The notes under the pieces are model-generated. The model searched no databases. It was not told where the DNA came from and saw only the letters and a list, made by a program, of their open reading frames with translations. From Candidatus Eiseniibacteriota bacterium (GTDB lineage: Bacteria; Eisenbacteria; RBG-16-71-46), in the NCBI GenBank assembly GCA_963776245.1, contig CAVZLN010000006.1, forward strand, positions 704,001 through 768,000: 64,000 nt of DNA, read 5' to 3'. Shown here one piece after another: positions 12,403 through 22,876 of the stretch (positions within the stretch are counted from its first letter, which is position 1; each line of letters starts with the position of its first letter). The position numbers and the translations under genes are program-made.

Positions 12403-14666
12403 TCAGCGGAACCGGAAGCCCGACCGCCGGCCGCCGAGCGGCTGGCCCAGGGTCAGGTAGTAGTTGCCACGATCGCCCTCCGCCACGGCCGTAGGCGAGG
12501 CAGAGCGGGCCGATCAGGGTGTCGGCGCCCAGGAACACGCTGCCGGCGGCGATCCCGTCCGCGAGCCCGATCGCCGATCGCGACTGGAACACGTTCCCGT
12601 ACTCGGCCGACACCCCCGCGTAGACCGGGAGCAGCTGGAAGTCCACGACCCGGCGGTAGAGGAGCGCGCGCACCAGCAGCTCGTGCTGCCCGATCAACTC
12701 GTCCTGCTCGAGGCCGGACAGCCGGCCCAGGCCGCCCAGGCAGAAACGCTTCTCGAGCGGCGCGTCCCCTTGCAGCGTCGTGCCGGACTCCCCGCCCAGC
12801 ACCCCGGTCCAGTGCCCGCGCGTCCCGGCGAGGCTCGCCTCGACGGTCCACCTGCTGGTACGTCACGGTGGAGCCGAGCGCGTCGAGGCCGGCCGAGAGC
12901 CGCGCGCGCACACTCCCGCCGCGATGCGGGAACGCGACCTCGTCGAGCTTGTCGATGAAGAACTGGGCGAACGCCTCGCCGGTGTCGTAGCGGTGCCACC
13001 GGAAGCCCGGGGTCACCGACCTGCGACGCGGATCCTGCCGCCCTCGCGCACCACGCCGGCCCGCAACTCGCCCCACGTCCCGATCTCGCGCCCGCCGGCG
13101 AGCGTGGCGCCGTAGTGCGTGATGCCGAGCTCGGACCGCTTGTGGCCGCTCCCGTCGAACACGTTCATCGCGCGCTCGCCGGCCAGCAGCTCGAGGTCCA
13201 CGAACTTGCGCAGCCCGGCGTCGAGCGGCTGATGGAACTCGGTCCACACGCCGGGCTCCTGCCCGACCTGCAGTCCGGTGCGCCACTCCCCGTTCAGCCG
13301 ATTGACCGCGGTGCGGCTGTAGGCGAGCGCGACGTTGAAGTTCGGATGTTCGAAGTCCTCGAAGGCCGCGACCCCTCCCTGCAGGTAGTTCGGCCCCCAG
13401 GCGCGCTCGCGCGCCGTGACCGTCAGCACGTTGCCATGCGGACCGGGCAGGACGTCGTAGTACACGGACTCGAACAGCTCGAGTCCGTAGATCTGGTCCA
13501 GTCCGATGCTCGAGCCGCCGGGCGTCGACGCGGATGGCCGATGGCGGTCTCGAGCCGCGTGGCGATGACCTGGTCGGTCACGCGGGATCGGTTGACGATG
13601 CGCTCCGCCCCGAGCACCGGGGGCGCGGCGGACGGCGGCGCGGGCCGCGCGCGCGTCCTGGTAGGCGCGGTACTCCGCCGGCGACAGGGCCAGCCGCTCG
13701 AGGGCGGGAAGCGCCGCCCGGGCCGCACGCTCGCCGATGTCGACGGCCTCGGCGGCGCGCTCGAAGGACGCCACGGTGATGGAGCCGAGGTCGGGCCGGA
13801 TGAACACATCGCCTTCGGCCAGCGAGGCGATCTGGCGCTTCTTGTCCTGCTCCGAGGCGAGCGTGGCGAGCTGGGCCGTGATGGCGGGCACCGAGCTGAG
13901 CTGCTCGCGACCCGACGGCGGGGTGGCGATGTCCACGGCGATGATGACGTCGGCCCCCATGCTTCGCACGACGTCGATCGGGAAGTTGTTGACGATGCCG
14001 CCGTCCACGAGCAGGCGGCCGTCGATCTCCCGCGGCGCGAACGCGGCGGGGATGGACATGCTGGCGCGCATCGCGAGCGCGAGGTCGCCATGGTCGAGCA
14101 CCACGGCCTCGCCGGTCACGATGTCCGCGGCGACCGCGCGATACGGGAATGCTGAGCCGATCGAAGTCGCGCACCGTCACGACCGGCAGGGACAGCCGCT
14201 TGAGCAGCAGATCGACCCGGTGGCCGTCCAGGATCCCGGGCGGGAACAGCAGCCGGCCGCCGCGCAGGCCGGGCTTGTGCTTGACCAGGTACAGGTCGTC
14301 GTCGCGCTTGCGGCGGAACGAACGGTCGCCACGCGGGATGTTGTCCGCGAAGGCCTCCGTCCAGTCGGTCTCGGAGACGACGCTGTCGAGCTGGGCCGGG
14401 GCCAGGCCGGAGGCGTAGAGGCCGCCGACCAGCGCGCCCATGCTGGTGCCGGCGATGAGGTCGACCGGGACGCGGTGCTCCTCGAGCACGCGCAGCACGC
14501 CGATGTGGGCGGCGCCGCGCGCGCCGCCGCCGCTCAGCGCGAGCCCGATGCGGGGTCGGCGGGGCGGTTCGGCGGGTGGATCCGCCGCGTGGGAGACACA
14601 CGGCACGGCGAGTGCCGCGGCACACATCAGCCGCAGCAGGGACCGAAGCGCAGTGCGACCGGTCAC
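12403..14666 (-). CDS. patatin-like phospholipase with POTRA and Omp85-like barrel (PlpD/type Vd-like), apparent frameshifts
   Basis: Signal peptide; [22 protein letters not shown] junction; amphipathic beta-strands ending YYLTLGQP. Confidence 0.85.
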
Positions 14667-15027
14667 GATGGCCCCGCCTGTTCCTGCACCCGCGGCCGCG
14701 CGACGATTGCGCTGAGTGGGTGGCGCGGCGACGGCACCCGATGCCCCCCGCGCACACGATGCCGAGGCTGCGCGGGGCGATGCTCCAACACCGCGGTCAG
14801 CCTAGCACCCGCGGTCGCGCCACGGCAATCGCCGGTGCGCCGTGGCGTCGAGGGGCCCGGGTAGGCGGCCGGTCCCGGTCGCGCCGGCCCCGCGGCGCCG
14901 GGCCGGCGAAGGTCCCTTTGCGCCGCGGCCCCGATGCGCGAAGATGTCCGGGCGGACGATGTCGGGCCCGCTCCCGCGGTCGCGGGGCGCGGGTCCGACT
15001 CGACGAGCAGGATCCGGGAGCCGCACC

Positions 15028-15708
15028 GTGAAGTGGTCAGGCCGTGCAGTCGTCCTCATGCTGCTGGCGGCGACGCTGATGCCGGGGCGCGCCCTCGGCG
15101 TCGCGTGCGCGCCCGATGCCGACCCCGCGCCCGCGGGCCTCGACTCGTCCTCGGCGCCGGTGGCGAGCCCCGGCGACTACACCTTTCCATCGGCGCAGGA
15201 CCGCTCCCGAGCTTGGGTGATGAGCGCGCTCGGCCCGCCCGCGATCGCCGGCAACCTGGTCGGCGCGGCATGGCGACACTGGGCGACCGACGAACCTCCC
15301 GAATGGGACACCGACGGAGGGGGCTTCGCGCGACGCTTCGCCACGGGCTCACTCACGACCTTCACCAGCGAGACATCGCTCACGCTCGCCTCGGCGGCGA
15401 TGCGGCAGGATGCCGGTTACTACCGCTGCCCGCGGACCGGATTCGGCTCGCGGCTCGGGCATGCCCTGGTGATGACGTTCGCGGCGCGCGACCGGGACGG
15501 GGACCTGGTGTTCTCGCCGGGCAAGACGCTCTCCCCGTTCGTGGGGCCCGTGGTGACCGTGACCACGCACTACCCGGATCGGTACACCTATGCCGATGGT
15601 CTGGTGAGTGGCGCCTACGGCCTGCTCATGAACGCCGGATTGAACGCCGCGCGGGAATTCGTCCTCAAGGCGCCACCCTGGCACGGCGGGCGCCGGCCCG
15701 GTCGCTGA
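15028..15708 (+). CDS. hypothetical exported or membrane protein
   Basis: Signal-like N-terminus, GGGAG RBS before GTG, RQDAGYYRCP and NAAREF segments. Confidence 0.6.
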   Translation: MKWSGRAVVLMLLAATLMPGRALGVACAPDADPAPAGLDSSSAPVASPGDYTFPSAQDRSRAWVMSALGPPAIAGNLVGAAWRHWATDEPPEWDTDGGGFARRFATGSLTTFTSETSLTLASAAMRQDAGYYRCPRTGFGSRLGHALVMTFAARDRDGDLVFSPGKTLSPFVGPVVTVTTHYPDRYTYADGLVSGAYGLLMNAGLNAAREFVLKAPPWHGGRRPGR

Positions 15709-15739
15709 GCCCCGGGCCGCGCGCGGGCAGTCGCCGGAC

Positions 15740-17290
15740 TCAGCGGGCCAGCGCCACCCGGCGCACGTGCGCCACGCCATCCACCTCGAGGTCCGCGAAA
15801 TAGAGCCCCGAGGGAAGCGGATCGCCGGCATCGTCACGCCCGTCCCAGGTGATCCTCCGGCCCGGGGCCGACTGCGACTCGAGCGGCACCAGCAGACGCA
15901 CCTGACGCCCGGTCGCGTCGAACAGACGCATGCTCACCCGGGCCGGGCCGGGCAGTGAGTACGCGAACGTGGCATGGCCCGGCGCGGGCGACGGGAAGGG
16001 CGGCGCGAAATCGACGCCGGTGCGGCCGCTGGCCCCACCGGCGGAGGTGTCCGGCCCGTACACGATGCGGCGGATCTCTCCCGACGCGGCCGCGAACGCG
16101 ACCGACTGGCGGCAGTACCACACCGCGCCATCGCGGCCCACGAAGTAGTCGCTCACCGCGTCGAGGCCGGTGGCCCAATCGCTCGGGCCCGTGCCCGGCA
16201 CCAGCGCCCAGCCGGCGCCGGCGTCGGTCAGCACCCGCAGGAGGCCCGTGTAGTAGTCGCTGAACAGGAAGCGCCCCTCGTACTCCGCCGGGAACGGGAC
16301 GATCGCGCCCACCGGCGCGCGATAGAGCACGCCCCCCACCACGGCGTCCCCCTGGGTGTGATCGTAGGTGGCGATGGGCGCGAGCGGGGCCGGGAGCGCG
16401 AACGCACACGTGGTGTACGGCGCATTCCCCTCGAACAGCGGCCAGCCGAAGTTCAGCCCGCCGGTCGGCGCGCGATCGATCTCCTCCCATGTGTTCTGGC
16501 CGACGTCGCCGATGAAGAGCGTTCCGTTCGCGGGATCGATGGAGAAGCGGAAGGGATTGCGCAGTCCCTTCAGCCACATCAGCCGGCGGTTCGAGTCCGG
16601 CGACGTAGCGTACGGATTGCCGGGCGGTGTGATCAGCGCGCGCGGCGCGATGCCGGGCCCCGCGGGCAGACGCGAGACGTCGAGCCTGAGGATGGTGCCC
16701 TTGAGCGCGGTCGTGTCCTGCGCGCCGCAGGGGTCGGCATCCTCGCCGAACGAGGCGTAGAGCATGCCGTCCGGGCCGAATCGCAGCGTGCCGCCGTTGT
16801 GATTGCCGGCGTTGTCGGGGACGTCGCGCACCAGGTCGTAGCGCGACCCGACGTCGAGCGTCAGCCCGCCCGTGCCAGTGGCCGCGACGTCGCCGGTCAT
16901 GGTGTAGCGGGAGACCCGGATGCGCGGTCCCGTGACGTCGTCGCAGTGCACGTACACGTAGGGCCGCGCGGGCCAGCCGGGATCCACCGCGATGCCGAGC
17001 AGCCCTTGCTCAGGCCCGGTGGTGCGCACCTGGTCCACTGTGCCGACCGGATCGGGCGCGACCAAGGACCCATCGAGGATCACGCGCACCCGCGCGCTCT
17101 TCTGCTCCACCACCAGCACGCGCCCATCGGGCAACTGCACCATACCCACCGGCTGATCGAGCCCGGCGAGCACCAGGTGGTCCGAGAACCCGGGGGGCAG
17201 CAGCGCCTGTCCGCCGGCGGCCGGCGCGGGGGATGACAGCGCGAGCGCCACGAGCAGGCATGCAGCGATGGGGGTCGGCGGGCGGCGCAT
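15740..17290 (-). CDS. PQQ-dependent sugar dehydrogenase (GSDH beta-propeller) with C-terminal FlgD-Ig/T9SS-like domain
   Basis: EQGLLGIAVDP, NHNGGTLRFGPDG, GLRNPFRFS; C-terminus FDATGRQVRLL...WDGRDDAG-x-PLPSGLYF. Confidence 0.9.
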   Translation of the reverse strand: MRRPPTPIAACLLVALALSSPAPAAGGQALLPPGFSDHLVLAGLDQPVGMVQLPDGRVLVVEQKSARVRVILDGSLVAPDPVGTVDQVRTTGPEQGLLGIAVDPGWPARPYVYVHCDDVTGPRIRVSRYTMTGDVAATGTGGLTLDVGSRYDLVRDVPDNAGNHNGGTLRFGPDGMLYASFGEDADPCGAQDTTALKGTILRLDVSRLPAGPGIAPRALITPPGNPYATSPDSNRRLMWLKGLRNPFRFSIDPANGTLFIGDVGQNTWEEIDRAPTGGLNFGWPLFEGNAPYTTCAFALPAPLAPIATYDHTQGDAVVGGVLYRAPVGAIVPFPAEYEGRFLFSDYYTGLLRVLTDAGAGWALVPGTGPSDWATGLDAVSDYFVGRDGAVWYCRQSVAFAAASGEIRRIVYGPDTSAGGASGRTGVDFAPPFPSPAPGHATFAYSLPGPARVSMRLFDATGRQVRLLVPLESQSAPGRRITWDGRDDAGDPLPSGLYFADLEVDGVAHVRRVALAR

Positions 17291-17490
17291 GGGAACCTCC
17301 GGGACAGGTCGCGGGCGACCGGTCCGCCGCCCCTGCTCCTGATGCGCTGACCACCCCGGGCGGTGCGCCGCACGTGCGACGCCGCGCGGGCGCACAGCCC
17401 CGGCGGGCCGCGCCCGGCACGCGGAGCGCCCGTCGCGAGGCGCCCCGGGGCGGTTGCTTCGGGTCCGCGGCGCTCCCATACTGCCGCGCC

Positions 17491-18759
17491 ATGCGCCGCG
17501 GACACTCCCTCCACATGCTCGCCGGACTCGCGCTGGGCGTCGTGCTCGGCACCGCGGCCCATCTCGCCTGGGGGGGCGCGCCGGCCCTCGACTGGGTGGT
17601 GCGCCACGTCACCGAGCCGGCCGGGCGCATCTTCCTGCGCCTGCTGTTCATGCTGGTGGTGCCGCTCATCCTATCGGCGCTGGCGCTCGGCGTGTCGGGG
17701 CTCGGGGATCTCGGGCGACTCGGTCGCATCGGGCTCAAGACGCTCGCCTACACCGTGGTGGTCTCGAGCATCGCGGTGCTGATCGGCGTCGGAATGGTGA
17801 ACCTGGTGCGTCCCGGCGAGGGGCTCTCCCCCGCGCTCAAGGAACGCCTGCTGGCTCAGAAGAGCGCGGTGCCCACCGCCGCGCCCGCCGCCGGCGCCGC
17901 GGGCGTGGACTTCCTGGTCAACCTGGTGCCGCAGAACATCGTCAAGGCGATGGGCGACGGCGACATGCTCGCGGTCATGGTGTTCGCGCTGCTGCTCGGC
18001 ATCGGGCTCGCGCTCACGCGCACCGACGCGGCGCGGCGCTTCGAGGGGATGCTCGAGGGCCTCTACGACGTGGTCATGCGGCTGCTCGACCTCGTCATCC
18101 GGGTGGCGCCCGTGGGGGTGGCGTGCCTGCTGTTCACGCTCACGGCGCGCCTCGGGTACGACGTGTTGCGCCAGCTCGGGGCGTACGTGGCGGTGGTGGT
18201 GGGGGCGCTCGCCATCCAGCAGTTCGTGGTCTACTCGGTCTCGGTGGCGTGGCTCGGCGGCATGAGCCCGCTGCGCTTCTTCAGCGGCATCCGCGAGGCG
18301 ATGCTCACCGCGTTCTCGACCGCCTCGAGCAACGCCACGCTGCCGACCGCGCTGCGGGTGGCGGAGCAGGAGCTGCGTCTGCCGCCGCACGTGAGCCGCT
18401 TCGTGCTCACCGTGGGCTCGACCGCGAACCAGAACGGCACGGCGCTCTTCGAGGGCGTCACCGTGCTGTTCCTGGCCCAGTTCTACGGCGTGCCGCTCAC
18501 CTTCGCGCAGCAGCTCACGGTGGTGTTCATCTGCATCCTCGGTGGCATCGGCACCGCGGGGGTGCCGGCGGGCTCGATCCCGGTGGTGGTGATGATCCTC
18601 GGGATGGTGGGGGTGCCCGCCGAGGGCATCGGGATGATCCTGGGCGTGGACCGTTTCCTCGACATGTGCCGCACCACGCTCAACGTGACCGGCGACCTCG
18701 CCGCCGCGGTCGTGGTGTCGCGCGGGGAGAGCGTGCCGGCGCCAGCCCCGGGCGGCTGA
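17491..18759 (+). CDS. dicarboxylate/amino acid:cation symporter (DAACS, GltP-like)
   Basis: AFSTASSNATLP, TANQNGTALFE, GVDRFLDMCRTTLNVTGD. Confidence 0.95.
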   Translation: MRRGHSLHMLAGLALGVVLGTAAHLAWGGAPALDWVVRHVTEPAGRIFLRLLFMLVVPLILSALALGVSGLGDLGRLGRIGLKTLAYTVVVSSIAVLIGVGMVNLVRPGEGLSPALKERLLAQKSAVPTAAPAAGAAGVDFLVNLVPQNIVKAMGDGDMLAVMVFALLLGIGLALTRTDAARRFEGMLEGLYDVVMRLLDLVIRVAPVGVACLLFTLTARLGYDVLRQLGAYVAVVVGALAIQQFVVYSVSVAWLGGMSPLRFFSGIREAMLTAFSTASSNATLPTALRVAEQELRLPPHVSRFVLTVGSTANQNGTALFEGVTVLFLAQFYGVPLTFAQQLTVVFICILGGIGTAGVPAGSIPVVVMILGMVGVPAEGIGMILGVDRFLDMCRTTLNVTGDLAAAVVVSRGESVPAPAPGG

Positions 18760-18934
18760 CGGGTTCCGTGGTCGCCCGGCCGTCCGACGCCGCCCCCGGC
18801 GCTCAGACGCAAAGTGCGTGTGAACCTCCCGCGCCCGGATGGCGTCCAAGCATCAGGTGGCGAGCACCCATGCGCCGCCCCGAGCCGGCCGCGACCTCGA
18901 CCCCGGGCCACCGGCCCCCACTCTGGAGCACCGC

Positions 18935-19747
18935 ATGCGCGTCCGACCCTCCCGCGCCATGGCCCTGATCGCGCTGGCGATCCTCGCCACCGTCGCTCCC
19001 GCCTTCGCCGACCCGCACACTGCGGCCATGGACATGGACCCGATGGCGGTGCCGGGCGACCCCGGGGCATTCGTCGTCCAGACCCAGGCCGGGCCCAAGG
19101 TCGCGCGCGTGCCGTCGACCCAGTCCGCCGTCGTCCCCGACTTCACCATCACCGCCGGATCGTTCCGCTTCAACGCCGACGGCAACGCGTTGACCCAGGT
19201 CGACACGCTGGCGATCACCGTCGGCCAGACGGTGCGCTGGCATCGCCTCGACTTCACCCACACCGTGACCAGCGGCACCGGCAGTCTGGACCCGGAGTCG
19301 GGCGCCCTGTTCAGCGCCCTGATCACCTCCCTCGCGCCCGATTTCGACTGGACGTTCACCGCGGTGGGCACGGTGCCCTACTACTGTGAGCTCCACGAGC
19401 TGTCGAACATGCGGGGCGTGATCGTGGTGAATCCCGTCGCTTCGGTGGGCCCCGGTCCGTCCGCGGCGCGCTCCGGGTTCTCGCGTCCGCCCGCGCCCAA
19501 TCCGTCCCGCGACGCGGTCACGTTCGCGATCACTCTGTCCCGCGCGGGTGAGGCCTCGGTCGAGGTGCTCGACGTGAGCGGCCGGCGCGTGGCCACGCTC
19601 CACAGTGGGCCGCTCGCGGCGGGCGAACACCCGTTCCGCTGGGACGCGCGCGGGGCCGACGGGCGCGCGGCGGCGCCGGGCATCTACCGCCTGCGCGTGC
19701 GCGGTGAGGGGTTCGACCAGGCGCGCACCATCTCGCTGCTGCGGTAG
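18935..19747 (+). CDS. secreted cupredoxin (plastocyanin/azurin-like) with C-terminal FlgD-Ig domain
   Basis: Signal peptide; HTVTS and YYCELHELSNMRG type-1 copper ligands; PNPSR...WDARGADG-x4-PGIY. Confidence 0.85.
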   Translation: MRVRPSRAMALIALAILATVAPAFADPHTAAMDMDPMAVPGDPGAFVVQTQAGPKVARVPSTQSAVVPDFTITAGSFRFNADGNALTQVDTLAITVGQTVRWHRLDFTHTVTSGTGSLDPESGALFSALITSLAPDFDWTFTAVGTVPYYCELHELSNMRGVIVVNPVASVGPGPSAARSGFSRPPAPNPSRDAVTFAITLSRAGEASVEVLDVSGRRVATLHSGPLAAGEHPFRWDARGADGRAAAPGIYRLRVRGEGFDQARTISLLR

Positions 19748-19789
19748 CCGGTCCATCGAGCGCGGTGCGGGACGCGCCCGGACGCGCTC

Positions 19790-20821
19790 CTACGCGATGC
19801 GCGCGCCGTTGCGGTCGTAGCGGGTGAGCGCGAGGTCGGCGATCTCCGCGATCAGGTCGGTGTACGAGCGGCCCGCCTTCTTGGCGGCCATCGCGAACTC
19901 GGCGGTCGAGAGCAGGTACGGATTCGGATTGACCTCGAGCACATGGATGGTGGAGTCGGCCGCGAGGCGGATGTCGATGCGGCCGTAGTCGCGCAACTGG
20001 AGCGCCTGGTAGGCCTGCACCGCGGTGTCCCGGATGCGCTCCGCCAGCGTCTCGTCGAGGTCGTCGGGGAAGAACGGGCGCGTGGTGCGGTACGCCTCGC
20101 TGTCCTCCTCCCACTTCACCTCAGCCCCGGCGATCTTCGGCGTGCCCTCCGGGAGCTTGGAGAGATCCAGCTCGACGATCGGCAGCGCCTCGGGCTTGTC
20201 GTTGCCGAGCACGCCGACGTAGAGCTCGCGGCCCTCGATGTACTCCTCGATCAGCGCCGGCGTGTCGAACTCGGTGTGGATGTAGTCGAGGCGCTCCATC
20301 ATCTCCTTGATGGAGCCGCACACCGCGTTGAAGCGGATGCCGATCGAACCGTCCTCGCGCGCGGGCTTGACGATGACCGGGAACTGGATGTCGTGGGCGT
20401 ACTCGGTGCGCCCGCGGTAGACCATCGCGAAGGTCGGCGTGTGGATGCCGTGGAACGCGAAGATCTTCTTGGCGAGCGCCTTGTCCTGCGCCAGGTAGAG
20501 TCCCTGGGAGCCCGAGCCGGTGAAGCGCCGCCCGAGCAATTCGAGGTAGCCGGCCACGCGGCTGTCGGCGGTGTCATCGCCGCCGAAGGACTCGACGAGA
20601 TTGAAGAGCAGGTCGCTCTCGGAGGTGGCCAGTTCCTGGAGGCTGACCGTGGTCCCGTCGAGGCGCAGGTAGACCGGGCTGTGGCCGGCCTTCTTGAGGG
20701 CCTCGTAGACCTCCTGGACGTCCTCGTCGGCGCCCTTGCGCTTGGGCCGCGCGTCCGGGCTCCGTTCCTCCCCTTCGTCGTACCAGAAGTCGTAGAGAAC
20801 GCCGATCCGAAGCTTTGCCAT
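19790..20821 (-). CDS. ATP-grasp ligase, D-Ala-D-Ala ligase family
   Basis: LFNLVE, DKALAKK, VKPAREDGSIGI, EEYIEGRE, DYGRIDIR, LEVNPNP. Confidence 0.9.
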   Translation of the reverse strand: MAKLRIGVLYDFWYDEGEERSPDARPKRKGADEDVQEVYEALKKAGHSPVYLRLDGTTVSLQELATSESDLLFNLVESFGGDDTADSRVAGYLELLGRRFTGSGSQGLYLAQDKALAKKIFAFHGIHTPTFAMVYRGRTEYAHDIQFPVIVKPAREDGSIGIRFNAVCGSIKEMMERLDYIHTEFDTPALIEEYIEGRELYVGVLGNDKPEALPIVELDLSKLPEGTPKIAGAEVKWEEDSEAYRTTRPFFPDDLDETLAERIRDTAVQAYQALQLRDYGRIDIRLAADSTIHVLEVNPNPYLLSTAEFAMAAKKAGRSYTDLIAEIADLALTRYDRNGARIA

Positions 20822-20870
20822 GGCGATCCTCGCCGTCTCGTTCCACGGCCCATCCGCTGGGCCGGACGTG

Positions 20871-21881
20871 TCAGGACTGCTCGAACCTGCCGCGCGTCAG
20901 GTAGTTCATCGCCAGCGTCGTGCCATAGACGGTGAGCTCCACCATCGTCGCGATCTCCCGCGTCGTATCCACCACCAGGTCCCGCTCGCGGCACGTGCGC
21001 AGGATACGCTCCACCAGCGCGCGCACCACCGGGCGCTTCACACCCGTCCAGTACGTGATCTTGTCGGTCAGCGGCAACCGCTGCTCCTCGACCAGCTCGG
21101 CCGCCGGCCGCACGTGCTTCCGGCGGCGACCGCGCGGCACGAAGATGTCTCCGAGGTCGGCCTCGAGCGCGACGTTCACCGCCGCGCCGTTCTGCCGCAG
21201 CCAGCGGCGATAGAACTGCTCGACCGTGAGCTTCATGTCCTCGACCGTCACGTCGAGGATCTCGCTCGGCGCCGCCGGCTCCAAATCGCGGACCCGGCGC
21301 ACCACGGCATCAACATAGCGCAACTTGCGTATCGCGGGCCACGCTTTGTATCGGACGCGCCAGTTCGAGCGCGGCGTGAGCCACACCGCGAAGGTCTCGG
21401 CGAAGTCCTCGTCCGGGTGCTTCTGCGCGTACCAGCCGGCGATGTGCCGCACGAACTTGCGGCTGAAGGGCACCGGGCGGTAGCGATCGCGGTAGCGCCG
21501 GTTGAACGGGCCGAACTGCTGGCGCCATTCGGGCTCCGCGAACAGTCGGTAGGCGTAGTTGAACGCGTGCCCGGCCTCGTGCCGCAGGTACATCATGATC
21601 TCGCGTTCGTCCTCGAGGTCGTTCATCGCCCGCTCGAGCCGCGCGAGCTTGGGGTCGGCGAGATAGAACGGGATGCCGATCACCGGCTGGCCATCGGGGC
21701 AGCCCCACTCGTCGGTGAGATAGCACACCGGGCGGAAGCGCCGGATCCCCTTGCGCTCGAGCTCGAGGTAGAGCTGCTTCACCCGCTTCTCCATCGGCGA
21801 GCCCTCGAGCTGGAGCCCGAGCTGACTGATGCGCTTGGAGAGCAGATCGCGGATGTCGGGTGGGGCCTTCTCGAAGATCAT
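20871..21881 (-). CDS. putative zinc-binding metallopeptidase
   Basis: HEAGH zincin motif plus YAQKHPDEDFAETFA. Confidence 0.85.
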   Translation of the reverse strand: MIFEKAPPDIRDLLSKRISQLGLQLEGSPMEKRVKQLYLELERKGIRRFRPVCYLTDEWGCPDGQPVIGIPFYLADPKLARLERAMNDLEDEREIMMYLRHEAGHAFNYAYRLFAEPEWRQQFGPFNRRYRDRYRPVPFSRKFVRHIAGWYAQKHPDEDFAETFAVWLTPRSNWRVRYKAWPAIRKLRYVDAVVRRVRDLEPAAPSEILDVTVEDMKLTVEQFYRRWLRQNGAAVNVALEADLGDIFVPRGRRRKHVRPAAELVEEQRLPLTDKITYWTGVKRPVVRALVERILRTCRERDLVVDTTREIATMVELTVYGTTLAMNYLTRGRFEQS

Positions 21882-22140
21882 GGCGGGGGCCGATGCTAGT
21901 GGCCGCGAAGGGCCGGCACAAGCGCCTTCCGGCCCCCGGGAGGTCGGTTCCGACGAACCGTGTTCACACACAGGTTAAGTCTTGGGGTCCCGGGGCCGCC
22001 CCGGGCACCGATTCCCGTGCTCCCACATCCCAATAACCCGAGTACCAGGCCGCGCGACGCCGGGCCCCCCCGGGCCGTCACGTCCGCGGGTCGTGGAATG
22101 CCGTCCCTACCGGGCCACGCCCGAACCAGGAGATCCCTAG

Positions 22141-22752
22141 ATGAAGCGTCTCACCGTTCTGATCTCGATCGCGGCCATGGCCCTCGCCACGGCGGCGTTC
22201 GCCGCCCCGGCGAAGTTCACGTTCGACCCCCCTCACACCGAGGTGGGGTTCAGCATCCGCCACATCTTCTCGAAGATCCCCGGCAAGTTCACCGACTTCG
22301 GCGGGACACTGCTGTACGACAACAAGGCCATCACCGCGTCCTCGGTGGAGTTCACCATCCAGTCGAAGAGCATCAACACCGGCAACGAGAGGCGCGACGG
22401 CCATCTGCGCTCAGCCGACTTCTTCGATGTCGAGAAGTTCCCGACCCTCACGTTCAAGAGCACCAAGGTCTCGGCCATCCAGGATGGCAAGTTCCAGGTG
22501 ACGGGCGATTTCACCATGCACGGCGTGACCAAGCCCCTGACGCTCGACTGCGAGCTGCTGGGAGAAGGGGACGCGAGCGTGGGCGGCCGGGCGATGGGCT
22601 ACCGGGCCGGATTCGACGCGAAGACGACCCTCAATCGCAAGGACTACGGCATCGTCTACAACACGGTGCTGGACGCCGGTGGCACGATGCTCGGTGACGA
22701 CGTGGCGATCGAGATCCACGTCGAGGCCGTCCGCGAGGCCGCGCAGAAGTAG
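22141..22752 (+). CDS. yceI: YceI family protein
   Basis: Signal peptide; DPPHTEVGF, RDGHLRSADFFD, TMHGVTKP, NRKDYG. Confidence 0.95.
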   Translation: MKRLTVLISIAAMALATAAFAAPAKFTFDPPHTEVGFSIRHIFSKIPGKFTDFGGTLLYDNKAITASSVEFTIQSKSINTGNERRDGHLRSADFFDVEKFPTLTFKSTKVSAIQDGKFQVTGDFTMHGVTKPLTLDCELLGEGDASVGGRAMGYRAGFDAKTTLNRKDYGIVYNTVLDAGGTMLGDDVAIEIHVEAVREAAQK

Positions 22753-22769
22753 GTCGCTCCCCGGGATCA

Positions 22770-22807
22770 CGAAGGCCCTCCGGTCTGACGGGACCGGAGG
22801 GCCTTCG
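22770..22807. terminator. probable bidirectional terminator hairpin
   Basis: Perfect 16-bp stem CGAAGGCCCTCCGGTC / GACCGGAGGGCCTTCG with 6-nt loop between convergent genes. Confidence 0.75.
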
Positions 22808-22876
22808 CATGGCGGGCGGCGGAGCCGGCCGGGGCGTGAGCGCGTACGTTGGCGCGCTCACACGCCCGGCCTCCGA

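Noticed and set aside
19790..20821. Calling this gene ddl or a van-type resistance ligase
   Set aside because: Lacks the canonical Ddl N-terminal motif and has no mur or van context.
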